Translations under genes and position numbers: made by a program
NCBI GenBank assembly: GCA_963803705.1
Contig: CAWDNU010000001.1
Span: 256,001-320,000 of the forward strand
Source of the DNA: an uncultured Pseudobdellovibrionaceae bacterium
Lineage (GTDB): Bacteria > Bdellovibrionota > Bdellovibrionia > Bdellovibrionales > UBA1609
Length of the DNA: 64,000 nt
Direction: 5' to 3'
Notes under the pieces: model-generated
What the model saw: the letters and a program-made list of their open reading frames with translations, nothing else
Told to the model about the DNA's origin: nothing
Databases searched by the model: none
Part shown: positions 38,953-48,971 of the stretch, in pieces
Layout: each line of letters starts with the position of its first letter
Position numbering within the stretch: the first letter of the stretch is position 1

Positions 38953-39630
38953 ATGTCGAACTTTTCCTTGGTAAAGAGATTTAGATTTATAAGATTTTTT
39001 AATATGATTCTGAAGCGTTCACCTAAAAACTGTATTCTTTGTGAAACTTGGATTTTCTTTAAGGCACCTATATGCAGGAAGTGTCGCCGATTTTTATACA
39101 CTGAATTTTTGAGAACTGAATTTGCGATCAAACCAATGTTTAACCACCCTTGTTATTATTTATGGCTGTGGACTGATAAAAATCATATTTGGATACAGAA
39201 AATTATTATATCTATGAAAAATGGTCATAACTATGAATTATACAAAATATTTATGCCTTGGTTGCTAAAAAAACTTGAAGCTTTTGAAAAGATAAAATTT
39301 GTAGCAGCTGTCCCAAGTTGCGATCGTTTACATCCAGAAGCTCTTTTAAAGTCATTCAACCAAATTCAGATAGATACCAATTTAATTCAGGTGAAAAAAT
39401 CAAAGAACAGTATATCGCAAAAAAATAGGGCGCGTTCCCAGCGTCTAAAAGCTGCTTTTGAACTAGGGGATAAAGGACAATTGAAGTTAGGCCCTACCAA
39501 CAACTGCATACTGATATTAGACGATGTCTTGGCTACTGGAGGTTCTTTTAAAGGTATTTTGAACTTACTTGGCGAGGACAAAGTGCTAGCCTTAGCCGTC
39601 TGGGCATATAAAGCCCCACGCAGTGGATAG
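38953..39630 (+). CDS. ComF-like phosphoribosyltransferase-domain protein (divergent)
   Basis: CILC...CRKC zinc ribbon and LDDVLATGGS PRPP loop; true start may be 39004. Confidence 0.7.
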   Translation: MSNFSLVKRFRFIRFFNMILKRSPKNCILCETWIFFKAPICRKCRRFLYTEFLRTEFAIKPMFNHPCYYLWLWTDKNHIWIQKIIISMKNGHNYELYKIFMPWLLKKLEAFEKIKFVAAVPSCDRLHPEALLKSFNQIQIDTNLIQVKKSKNSISQKNRARSQRLKAAFELGDKGQLKLGPTNNCILILDDVLATGGSFKGILNLLGEDKVLALAVWAYKAPRSG

Positions 39631-39691
39631 GTGTGCAAACCTGATAGCAAGTGCCACGCAGTGGATAGGTGTGCAAGCCTGATAGAAAATG
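39616..39691. repeat. Two tandem 38-bp units (3 mismatches)
   Basis: CCACGCAGTGGATAGGTGTGCAA(A/G)CCTGATAG(C/A)AA(G/A)TG at 39616 and 39654. Confidence 0.9.
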
Positions 39692-39815
39692 CTGTTCTTT
39701 CGAAGAAATTTACATGAATAATCTTTTTTGAAACTTTAGCCTTACTTTATTGTTTTATATAGTACTATGTAAATGGCTGAAAAGTAAAAATAGACAATAA
39801 ACTAAGGGCCCAGAA

Positions 39816-40571
39816 ATGATAACTAAGCTAAATAATCCAAAATCAAAGTTCCTAAGTTTCCACCTCATTTTGTTAGGTATCGACCACATCCTGCAAATAT
39901 TCCTTAGATTAAGAGCAGGCTTAAGCGTAGTGTTGGTCATATATACTGCTCTAATTTCTACAGGTGTTTATGCTAGTCCAAGCGAGACAGAGGCAATTGA
40001 AGAGTTGAAGAAAATGACAAAACACTATTCGAAGACTTCGTACTTAGTGGCTAAGTTTAGACAAAAACAGATTATGGAGCTGCTAGGCGATGTGAAGTCG
40101 GCTAAAGGTACTCTTTACTATTCTAATCAGAAGCTACGTATAGAGCTTCAAGGTACTGAGCAGAATTCTGTGACACTCTTTACTCCGGGTGTAATAACCA
40201 GTATTTCGTATGACAAAGATAGCAAGCCCACTCAAGTTTTGAAATCTAAGCCCTATCCTCATCCATTACTAAATTTGATGTTTGGTGACTACAAAACATG
40301 GGACAAATTTGAGGTCACAGAAATTAGAACAAACAACAAAACTATTTTAGATGCTCAGGTGATTCCTAAGGATGCCAAGGAATTGCCCGGTATTGATCGA
40401 ATTGATATTATGATTAATAAAAAGAAAAGTGAACTTGTAAAGATAGTTTATTGGGATGAGATAGGAAACAAGACTATAAATACTTTTGCATCTCAGAAGA
40501 CCAAAGGTAAAATTGATGGCACAAAGTTTGTTCTTGTACCGCCTCAAGGCGTAGAAGTTAAAAATCTTTAA
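39816..40571 (+). CDS. lolA: Outer-membrane lipoprotein carrier LolA family protein
   Basis: AKFRQ...KGTLYYS...KLRIE and DEIGNKT...F...PP.GVEV patterns; true start probably further downstream. Confidence 0.7.
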   Translation: MITKLNNPKSKFLSFHLILLGIDHILQIFLRLRAGLSVVLVIYTALISTGVYASPSETEAIEELKKMTKHYSKTSYLVAKFRQKQIMELLGDVKSAKGTLYYSNQKLRIELQGTEQNSVTLFTPGVITSISYDKDSKPTQVLKSKPYPHPLLNLMFGDYKTWDKFEVTEIRTNNKTILDAQVIPKDAKELPGIDRIDIMINKKKSELVKIVYWDEIGNKTINTFASQKTKGKIDGTKFVLVPPQGVEVKNL

Positions 40572-40580
40572 AGCAGTTTC

Positions 40581-41096
40581 TTACTGCATGAAATTATATA
40601 TTTCAGAGTAGTTACGACCCAACTCGTCTGAATCCATCCCGTAGCCTATGACGTAACGATCATCGATAGTTTTGCCAGTGTACTCAGGCTTAAGCGGAAT
40701 TTCTCGTCTAGAAGGCTTGTCTATCAAAGCGCAAATCCTAATACTGGCAGGCATCGAAAGCATTAGATGTTTTCTTAAGAAGCTAAGCGTTTTACCTGCA
40801 TCAATAATTTCCTCGCAAATGATTACGTGCTTGTTGTAAATCTCGATACCTATATCCTTAACTACACTGACGGACTTACCGATAGATTTTACCTGTACAA
40901 ACTCAATTTCCAAATTTGGATTTTTAATTTTTCGACATAGATCTGCGACAAACATAAAAGAACCTTTTAAGGGACATATTAGCACTACAGATTCATCTCT
41001 ATATTGCCGGTCTATAGTTTCGGCCAGTTCCGTAATCATTTTATCTATTTCGTCAGCTTTTATAAATGGGATCATTCCCTCTTTGTGTGAAGCCAC
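40581..41096 (-). CDS. hpt: Hypoxanthine phosphoribosyltransferase
   Basis: LKGSFMFVADL, EEIIDAGKTL, LIDKP, YVIGYGMD. Confidence 0.85.
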   Translation of the reverse strand: MASHKEGMIPFIKADEIDKMITELAETIDRQYRDESVVLICPLKGSFMFVADLCRKIKNPNLEIEFVQVKSIGKSVSVVKDIGIEIYNKHVIICEEIIDAGKTLSFLRKHLMLSMPASIRICALIDKPSRREIPLKPEYTGKTIDDRYVIGYGMDSDELGRNYSEIYNFMQ

Positions 41097-41824
41097 TATA
41101 ATTCCTTTTGAGAAGTGTTAGTTTGAGTTTTTATCATATTTAAGCGTTGATTAGCTCCCTGATGATTCCTGTCGATCAACAAAACAGATTCAAATATACC
41201 TTTAGCTAATGATTTTTGATCAGTAAGATAATAAATTTGGCCCAAACGCATTAGGGCGGAAATATTATTGCCTTCCTTGGATATTATGTCTTTAAGCTCG
41301 CTTGTTGCTTCTTTGTACTGTTTCAAGTTTAGAAAGCATTCAGAAATCAAAATCTGAATTTTTGTAGGTTCTGAACTCAAAGCCTTAGCCTTGATTAACT
41401 GTTGCAGAGCTTCACTGTAATTTTGAATTTCATTATATAGTTTAGCCAATTCTAAGTGTTTACCCATAAAAACCTTTGATCTATTGGAAATGGCTTTATT
41501 TTGAACTGGTTTTTTTAACTGCATTTGGGTACTTAAAAAGACTCTTTGACCATCCTCGTAACGACCTAGGTCATTAAATATAACACTTAATCCGATTCCA
41601 GCATCAGTAAAAGCGGGGTCAATTTCTAACGATCTTTTAAAACTACGAAGTGCTTTTTTAATATCATTTTTTTGATACTGGATAGCTCCTAACATATAAA
41701 ATAGCTTCGCACTCTTATAGTTTTTTAGTACCAGCTGATTCAGAATCGGTTCAGCTTTTTTATAATCACCTTTAATGAAATGGTTTGATGCTGCATCAAA
41801 GACAATTTTTAAAGACTCGTCCAT
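41096..41824 (-). CDS. TPR repeat protein
   Basis: Repeated TPR-like helices (LGAIQY...ALRSFKRSLEIDP). Confidence 0.8.
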   Translation of the reverse strand: MDESLKIVFDAASNHFIKGDYKKAEPILNQLVLKNYKSAKLFYMLGAIQYQKNDIKKALRSFKRSLEIDPAFTDAGIGLSVIFNDLGRYEDGQRVFLSTQMQLKKPVQNKAISNRSKVFMGKHLELAKLYNEIQNYSEALQQLIKAKALSSEPTKIQILISECFLNLKQYKEATSELKDIISKEGNNISALMRLGQIYYLTDQKSLAKGIFESVLLIDRNHQGANQRLNMIKTQTNTSQKEL

Positions 41825-42543
41825 ACGAACCTTCTTGTATAAAGTTTAGGAATTTCATAGTTCGGAAATTTAGATTTTAGCTGACTAAGATATTTAGCAT
41901 AAACGTCTTCTTCATTTAGACGCTTTGCAGAGTAAGCTGCTCCGGCAAGAGCCTCTTTGGTCAGGTCAGAATTGGGATTGTTGGCAATAAATGATTTGAA
42001 CCGTTTAAGCGCCGCTAAGGGGTGATTGTATTTAAAGTAGAATTTAGCGATGTAGAGTTCTTTCTTTTTTAACTTATCTCTGATAATAGCTCTGAATTTA
42101 ACGGCATCTTTGTTATAAATAGAATCAGGGAACTCTTCGATTAACTTTGAAAAGACCGTAATTGCATCTTTAGCTGAAGAGAGGTCCCTATCATGGCCCT
42201 TTGGAAGTTGCTTATAGAGAGATTCTGCCATTTTAAATAGAACATAATCTTTTTTTTCATCGTTAGGGTGAAGTTCTAGGTAGGCTTGGTACGTATATTG
42301 AGCTTGAATATAATTTTTAGCTTCAAAGTGGATGTCGGCAATTTTCAATCGCGCCATCTTAGCAAAATTACTGTAGGGATGCTTCGTCTTAACTTGCTCT
42401 AAAGTAGCGATGGCCTCGTCGTATCTATAGGCTTTTTGAAATTTGATGGCTTCATCATAAAGATTTTCTGCTGGATTCGCACTTTTACCAAAAGCAAAGT
42501 TGGTGATGATAAAGAGAGTTAAAACTGAAACCACGAATCTCAT
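41809..42543 (-). CDS. bamD: Outer-membrane assembly factor BamD homologue
   Basis: HPYSNFA...A.L..AD, YLELHP, DRDLS.A..A...F..LI..FPDS, ELYIAKFY; start at ATG 42543. Confidence 0.85.
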   Translation of the reverse strand: MRFVVSVLTLFIITNFAFGKSANPAENLYDEAIKFQKAYRYDEAIATLEQVKTKHPYSNFAKMARLKIADIHFEAKNYIQAQYTYQAYLELHPNDEKKDYVLFKMAESLYKQLPKGHDRDLSSAKDAITVFSKLIEEFPDSIYNKDAVKFRAIIRDKLKKKELYIAKFYFKYNHPLAALKRFKSFIANNPNSDLTKEALAGAAYSAKRLNEEDVYAKYLSQLKSKFPNYEIPKLYTRRFVWTSL

Positions 42544-42568
42544 ATTTCGAAGTTTAAATCGAGGAGTC

Positions 42569-43369
42569 TTAAGGGTCAATCTTGCCTCTATGAACAATGT
42601 ATGAATCTGGTTTGATCCAGCCAAAAGGGATTTCTGAGCAGGAGACTCCTAACCACCTCTTGTTGCTCGTAGTAGTTTTAATCACTTCGAATGCATCTCC
42701 GATATTCAAAGCTCCTAGTTGGGCAGCATCAGTGGAGTCAGCAGAGTAAATAACTATCTCTTTATTGCCTGTTAAAGTCGCAAATTTTTGATTTTGAATT
42801 TGATTCTGCAAGTAGAGCAGGCCTACCGGGATAGACGATAATATTAAGTAAAGTAAATAAATCTTAAAAAATTGCCAAAAACTAAGATTAATTTGATTTT
42901 GACGCAATATATTGTAAGTTCCACACGCCAGAGGAAAAATAAACAAAGCTATAAAAATCCACTTTGGCAACCAGTTCAAAAGAACTACGAAATAGTTTTC
43001 CGATTCAACTCTATAAAAGTTTTGAGTTTCTACCGTGCGTTTCACAAGCTGAAGAGTTCTGTATGTTTTATAGGACAAGGGATTCAAGGCTTGGGATCTT
43101 CTAAAATGACCCAAAGCAGACCCATAATCTTTCAGCTTAAATTCTGTTAAAGCTAGATTATAGAGCACTTCAGTAGAGCTCGAGTATTTTTTGGATTGCA
43201 GCAGTGTATGCCAGGCAACTAAAGATTCTGAATAGTTTTTTGAATCGTAATGCTCTAAGCCAGATTTTAAAATTTTGTCATAATCTTCCAAAGCCAGTGT
43301 GGCAAAGCTCCACAGACAGACTTGAAGTAAAATTAAGAAACGGATTGACGAAAAAAAAACTCTTTGCAC
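42569..43369 (-). CDS. BatE-like TPR / TM / SH3-like membrane protein
   Basis: Signal peptide, TPR (LYNLA), two TM helices, C-terminal W...GWI SH3b-like end. Confidence 0.6.
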   Translation of the reverse strand: MQRVFFSSIRFLILLQVCLWSFATLALEDYDKILKSGLEHYDSKNYSESLVAWHTLLQSKKYSSSTEVLYNLALTEFKLKDYGSALGHFRRSQALNPLSYKTYRTLQLVKRTVETQNFYRVESENYFVVLLNWLPKWIFIALFIFPLACGTYNILRQNQINLSFWQFFKIYLLYLILSSIPVGLLYLQNQIQNQKFATLTGNKEIVIYSADSTDAAQLGALNIGDAFEVIKTTTSNKRWLGVSCSEIPFGWIKPDSYIVHRGKIDP

Positions 43370-43460
43370 TTCTTATCACTGCTCCTTTGTTTTATATTAG
43401 CAATAAAACTGGCAAAAACGCACGAATGACTCGATGGGCTTTTGTTAGAAAGGAAAGGTT

Positions 43461-44834
43461 ATGGCGTCTACTGATATAATTTCTAGTTCAAATTCTCAAT
43501 CCGCATTCGAAACTTTGATATCGAACACTTTAAAAGAGTAGCGAACACTTGAATTGCGTCAAACCAGCGGATCCCTCAAAGGCTGAGGATAGCAAAAAGA
43601 TGTTTAAGCACTATGGCAAGCTTCGCGGTAGAGACTTATTTTTTGATTATATTGGAACTGGTCGAGGTCATGGGCCTTATGTTGAACTAATTGATGGAAG
43701 TGTAAAATTGGATTTCATCAATGGGATTGGCGTCAACGTTTTAGGACATTCCCACCCTGATGTTCTAAAAGCAAGCGTCTGTGGAGCGTTGTCTGATATC
43801 GTTATGCAAGGCAACCTTCAGCCAAATTCGGAATACGGTGAAGCCCTAGATAAACTAGTGGAGATTGGCTCCCGCCAAAGTCAATTAAAGTATGCTTGGC
43901 TGACAACTTGCGGAGCTATGGCTGGTGAAAATGCTTTAAAAATGGCTAGGCAAAAAACTAATGGCGCACGTAAAATTATAGCAATGGAAAATGCATTTGC
44001 TGGTAGAAGCACTATGATGGCTGAAATCACTGACAACCCAGCTTTTAGACAAGGCTTACCTGTTTATAATGAAGTTTTAAGAATTCCTTTCTACGATAAA
44101 AATGACCCAGAAAGCTCTAAGAAAGCATTAGTTCAAATGAAAAACATCTTCAGGAAAATAAAGATGATGTTTGCGTTTTTTGCTTTGAGCCTATGCAAGG
44201 AGAAGGTGGCTATAATGTTGCACCTCGCGAGTATTTTATTCCTCTTTTTAAGGCTTGTCGCAAAGCAGGTGTACCTATCTGGTTTGATGAAGTTCAAACT
44301 TTTTGTCGAACTGGAGAGTTTTTTACTTTCCAAACAATGGATTTAGGAGAGTATGTTGATTTAGCCACCGTTGCTAAGAGCCTTCAAGGGGCGGCAACTT
44401 TATACACCGAGGAATTAAATCCCCAAGCAGGGTTAGTGTCTGGCACTTTTGCCGGCTCTTCTTCTGCTCTTGCTAGTGCAAAAGCAGTTATGGACATTTT
44501 GGATGACGGCACTTATATGGGCCCAGAGGGTAAAATACAAAAAATTCATAACGAATTTAAAGAGATGCTGAATTCTTTAAATTCGACTGGGCCCACTAAA
44601 GGTTTACTAAGAGATGCAGACGGAATGGGTCTGATGATAGGTGTTGTTCCTTTAGATGGAACTAAAGAAAAAATGCTACAGCTGACAAAAAAATTATTTG
44701 ATAATGGATTGATTTGCTTTGGTTGCGGCCGCGGTCCCTTCAAACTTAGATTTTTGTTACCTGCCATCTTAACGAAAACACATATTGAGGAAGCAAAAAA
44801 AATTCTAAATAAATCTATACAAGAGTGTTTATGA
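43461..44834 (+). pseudogene. Class III aminotransferase (AstC/ArgD-like) broken by two 1-nt frameshifts; may be sequencing error
   Basis: ATG 43461 after AGGAAAGG RBS stops at 43539; +1 shift near A4 at 43532-43535; -1 shift near A5 at 44140-44144 restores EPMQGEGG; DEVQT and the PLP Lys (VAKSLQ) are intact. Confidence 0.8.
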
Positions 44835-46174
44835 TTCAGAAATCTATGATGGAGCTTTGTAAAGAGGCTCTATCAATTGATAGTTCTATTGTAAATGGAA
44901 CCACGGAATATACGGCTTTTCTAAAAGATCTGTCTGAAGCTGCAGGCTTAGATTTCGATGTTAAACATTATTTATTTAGAGATTTAGGCTTTCAGAATAT
45001 TTTAATTTCGAAGAATCAAGATCGCAGTAAAATAAAATATCTTTTCGTAAACCCCCTGGACACTGAAGCCCCAGGTCCATTTAGAGCGTGGACAGAAACT
45101 GATCAAGACCCATTTGATATAACTGTCAAAAGCGGTCGAATATATGGATTAGGTGCAAATTGCGGAAAGTTAAATACAGTTTTACTTCTTAAGGCACTGT
45201 CCGAACTTCCAGATGTTAAAAAGGATAAATTTGCTCTATTAGGAACCTACGGCCGAGAAGTTAGAGCTCATGGAGCTTTACGTTTTCTAAAAGAAAAGAA
45301 TGTTTCGCCGCTGAATGTGCTTGTCGGTTTTCCGACATCTAACCAAATCGTACACGCTCAGGCTGGTCGAATACGAATGAGAATTAATTTTCCGTTCACT
45401 GAAGCGGAAAAAAAAATAAGAGCTAGTCACGACGAAGTTGAACACAGTAGCTCTGAAAGTCAGTATTTTCATTCTAAAGCAGAGTCTAAAACCTTAAGTA
45501 GCGATAAAGTCTTCGGTCGGAAAAATGCGATTGTAGAGGCTCTGTACTTTATAGAAAATTTACCTGAACATTTGTTGGTGTTAGATTTTGCAGGTGGCAA
45601 AGACTTATATTCAGATCCTAGAAGCTGTCTTTTCGAGTTTGATTTAGGCAAAAGCATAGATATCCAGATGGGTTCAAAACTTAAAAGTTTTTTTAATTCC
45701 ATGCTCTCCTTAACCAAAGAGTTCCAAAAATATACTAATACTGATTTTTCTCCTGAACATCCACTACTTCACTTGGGTAGGGTTGTGTGTGATCTCGAAG
45801 GGGTAGAGTTTTGGGGCGAGTGTATTTTTCCGCCAGGGATCCCAGAAATTGTGTCGGATGCTTGGATTGAAAAACTTCGTGAAGAGATTAGTTCTGTCGG
45901 CGGATCTTCAAAATTACTGTCTCAGAGGTGGCCTTATGTCTACAATGGTACAGAGTCTTTCCTGACCCAAGTTCTAGAGTTCAACAACACTGACTCACCG
46001 AAGTCTCTTTCTTACACCTCAGAAGCGGACCTTTTTGATTTAGTGGGTTTTAAATCCTTAATTTTTGGTCCAGGTGATTTCGATCACATGTTTAAACCCA
46101 ATGAATCGATTAGTCTAAATAGTTTGGAAAAAGCACTGGATTTCTATAAGAATGTTTTAGTTAATTTAGACTAG
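44831..46174 (+). CDS. M20/ArgE-DapE family homologue lacking metal-binding residues
   Basis: DPF...GRIYGLGA, FGPG...PNE scaffold; ATGA overlap with the upstream stop. Confidence 0.8.
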   Translation: MIQKSMMELCKEALSIDSSIVNGTTEYTAFLKDLSEAAGLDFDVKHYLFRDLGFQNILISKNQDRSKIKYLFVNPLDTEAPGPFRAWTETDQDPFDITVKSGRIYGLGANCGKLNTVLLLKALSELPDVKKDKFALLGTYGREVRAHGALRFLKEKNVSPLNVLVGFPTSNQIVHAQAGRIRMRINFPFTEAEKKIRASHDEVEHSSSESQYFHSKAESKTLSSDKVFGRKNAIVEALYFIENLPEHLLVLDFAGGKDLYSDPRSCLFEFDLGKSIDIQMGSKLKSFFNSMLSLTKEFQKYTNTDFSPEHPLLHLGRVVCDLEGVEFWGECIFPPGIPEIVSDAWIEKLREEISSVGGSSKLLSQRWPYVYNGTESFLTQVLEFNNTDSPKSLSYTSEADLFDLVGFKSLIFGPGDFDHMFKPNESISLNSLEKALDFYKNVLVNLD

Positions 46175-46295
46175 TTATCAAATATCTACCTACATTTTGT
46201 AGTTTGAAACCCTATTAGGGTCAGGCAGGACTGTGGACGCGCCCGGAGCCTTGTCACTTCAAGCAAATTTGACAATAATAATTTAGAGGTTTTCT

Positions 46296-47795
46296 ATGGA
46301 AAAATTAAATTATAAAGGCAGTTTCATCAATAATAAATTCCAGATCCCAGAGCAAGTGGATGAATCATGGGGTTTAAAAAGCCCAGCGGATTTCAAGGAT
46401 GAGCTTTTCGACACAACGATCTGTTTTAGTGATGTTGATAAAGCTTGCGAGGCGGCAAAGCTAGCTTCAAAGAGCTGGTCAAAATTGACAGTGGATGACC
46501 GAATTACATATTTAAAAAAATTGGAATCAACATACCTAGAACACAAAAATGAAATAGCACATATTATTAGTAGGGAAACAGGTAAACCAACTTGGGAAGC
46601 CCTTACTGAAGCCGGTGCTTTAGCGGGAAAAATAAAAATTACCATTGAGCACTCGATTGATCTAATTAAAGACGTGCGAATTGGAAATGCACTTCCTAAC
46701 GTAGATGGAGTTATTAGATATAAGCCAAAAGGCGTTTTGGCAGTATTGGGACCATTTAATTTTCCTGCCCACCTGCCAAACGGCCATTTTATTCCGGCGC
46801 TATTAGCGGGTAATACTATTGTCTTTAAGCCATCCGAAAAAACGCCAGCAGTTGGACAGGTGCTAGCCGAGATGTTCAAAAAAGCTGATTTTCCTGCTGG
46901 GGTTTTCAATCTAATTCAGGGCCAAGCTGAAACCGGAAAGCGATTGGCGAAGCATAACTTGGTGGATGGCGTTTTATTTACAGGATCATACGATGTTGGT
47001 TTAAAAATAAAAAAAGATACGATAGAACATTATTGGAAAAATTTAGCATTAGAGATGGGAGGCAAGAATGCTTCGATTATCTGGAGTGACGCAAATTTAG
47101 ATAAAGCAGTTTATGAAACAGTTTTAGGTGCGTATTTGACGGCAGGACAAAGATGCTCTTGCACAAGTAGGCTATTCCTACACAAAGACGTCTATCAAGC
47201 ATTCCTGGATAAATTTAAAAAAGTTTCCACAAGCTTGAAGATAGGCCATTGGGACGAGGAAAATTTTATGGGCCCACTAATAACTGAGGATTCAATGCAA
47301 AGATTTTTAAGATTTCAAGACATAGCAAAAAGAGAAGATGCTGAAGCATTCCTGGAAGGAAAAGCTTTAGAGTTAAAGAGGAAAGGTTATTATGTCCAAC
47401 CAAGTGCACATTTAGTTAAAAAATTCGACGCTGATAGCGTCTACCAAAAATCTGAAATATTTGGCCCCGATGTTGCGATCTACCAGATTGATGAACTAGA
47501 AGATACTTTCGAAAAAGTAAACAGTTCAAGCTACGGCTTGGTTGCTTCCATCTTTACTAAAGATGAAAAAATTTTTGATAAGGCGTTAGCTCAGTTGGAC
47601 GTTGGTCTTTTAAACTGGAACAGAACTACCAATGGTGCAAGCTCGAAGCTTCCATTCGGAGGCACAAAAAAATCTGGTAATGGAATGCCGTCAGCTCATT
47701 TCGCATTGTATTACTGCACAACCCCCATTGCCTCGCTAGAAGACAAGACTGAATTTGACCAAAGCAAGCTTATGCCTGGAATGAGTTGGTTTTAG
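46296..47795 (+). CDS. astD: Succinylglutamate-semialdehyde dehydrogenase (aldehyde dehydrogenase family)
   Basis: GPFNFPAHLPNGH, FTGS, LEMGGKN, AGQRCSC, EIFGP, TNGASSKLPFGG. Confidence 0.88.
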   Translation: MEKLNYKGSFINNKFQIPEQVDESWGLKSPADFKDELFDTTICFSDVDKACEAAKLASKSWSKLTVDDRITYLKKLESTYLEHKNEIAHIISRETGKPTWEALTEAGALAGKIKITIEHSIDLIKDVRIGNALPNVDGVIRYKPKGVLAVLGPFNFPAHLPNGHFIPALLAGNTIVFKPSEKTPAVGQVLAEMFKKADFPAGVFNLIQGQAETGKRLAKHNLVDGVLFTGSYDVGLKIKKDTIEHYWKNLALEMGGKNASIIWSDANLDKAVYETVLGAYLTAGQRCSCTSRLFLHKDVYQAFLDKFKKVSTSLKIGHWDEENFMGPLITEDSMQRFLRFQDIAKREDAEAFLEGKALELKRKGYYVQPSAHLVKKFDADSVYQKSEIFGPDVAIYQIDELEDTFEKVNSSSYGLVASIFTKDEKIFDKALAQLDVGLLNWNRTTNGASSKLPFGGTKKSGNGMPSAHFALYYCTTPIASLEDKTEFDQSKLMPGMSWF

Positions 47796-48836
47796 ATGAA
47801 GTCGATAATAAGTTTAATAGTGATTGGATTTGCGGTGGTTGTGTTGTCATTATTTACTTTAAATTTGCAACTTTCGACTGAACTTAATTTTAATAAAGAA
47901 CTTGTGTTTGAAGTTGAAAGCGGTGAAGGTTTTAATCAAGTTCTTTCAAGGCTTAGCAGGATGGTTCCAGGCTTTCCAGTTAAAGCTTCAAAAATGTACT
48001 TAAAACTTACTAAAAAAGAAGATCTACTGAAAGTTAGTGAATATGAAATCCCTGAGAACAGTACAGCCTATGAAATTTTAAACTATTTGGTGAAGGGCCA
48101 AGTTGTAGAAAAGAGAGTAACTATTCAAGAGGGATTTAATATATATCAAATAGCCCAGCTTATGGAATCCAAAGGCCTGTGTTCCGCAAAAGATTTTATT
48201 GAGAAAACCAGAGACCTTAAGTTTATATCAGATCAGTTAGGTTATGAGATACCGACTTTAGAGGGCTATTTATTTCCAGACACCTACAGGCTTCCAAAGA
48301 AATGGACTGCTGAACAATATATAGAAGTTTTTTTACGAAGACATCTAAAGGTTTGGAAAAGCATCGAGGATAAATATTCTCACGGAATGTCACACCACCA
48401 GGTCGTTATTCTAGCCAGTATGATTGAAAAGGAAACAGGGGCAGGCTTTGAACGTCCTATGATTAGTTCTGTTTTTCAAAACAGATTAAAAAAATCCATG
48501 AGATTACAAAGCGATCCGACCACGATTTACGGAGTTTGGGTTAAAACTGGCAAGATGTTGAAAAATATTACTCGTAAAGACTTACAGACTTCGACTCCAT
48601 ACAATACTTACACAGTAACTGGGCTTCCATTCGGTCCTATAGCTAATCCAGGCAAGGCGGCTTTAATTGCAGCTATAGTACCGGCTAGAAGCAAAAATTA
48701 TTATTTTGTCAGTAAAAATGATGGCACACATAAATTTTCTAGAACTTATCATGAACATTTGGCCGCTGTTCGAAAATTTCAATTAGATCCTAAAGCAAGA
48801 GAAGGCAAGTCTTGGCGAGATTTAAAAAAAGATTAA
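47796..48836 (+). CDS. mltG: Endolytic transglycosylase MltG
   Basis: LEGYLFPDTY, ASMIEKETG, RLQSDPT, PYNTY, PIANPG. Confidence 0.95.
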   Translation: MKSIISLIVIGFAVVVLSLFTLNLQLSTELNFNKELVFEVESGEGFNQVLSRLSRMVPGFPVKASKMYLKLTKKEDLLKVSEYEIPENSTAYEILNYLVKGQVVEKRVTIQEGFNIYQIAQLMESKGLCSAKDFIEKTRDLKFISDQLGYEIPTLEGYLFPDTYRLPKKWTAEQYIEVFLRRHLKVWKSIEDKYSHGMSHHQVVILASMIEKETGAGFERPMISSVFQNRLKKSMRLQSDPTTIYGVWVKTGKMLKNITRKDLQTSTPYNTYTVTGLPFGPIANPGKAALIAAIVPARSKNYYFVSKNDGTHKFSRTYHEHLAAVRKFQLDPKAREGKSWRDLKKD

Positions 48837-48971
48837 ACTTAAGCGAGGTCTATAAATAGTTTTAGCTCTGAGTGTGGCCCCAATATGAGATGTGGTCGCC
48901 AGTACAAAACTATTGGTTCCACATCTCGTTCAGTGACTGTTTGCGAAAGAAATTAGACCATTAACTTAATT

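Noticed and set aside
43539..43541. Stop-codon readthrough of TAG in the aminotransferase
   Set aside because: Downstream homology is in a different frame, so readthrough would not restore the protein
46215..46256. GC-rich patch before astD as SRP RNA or a riboswitch
   Set aside because: GGGTCAGG is not followed by the SRP GGAA-loop/AGCAG motif; too short and no recognisable aptamer
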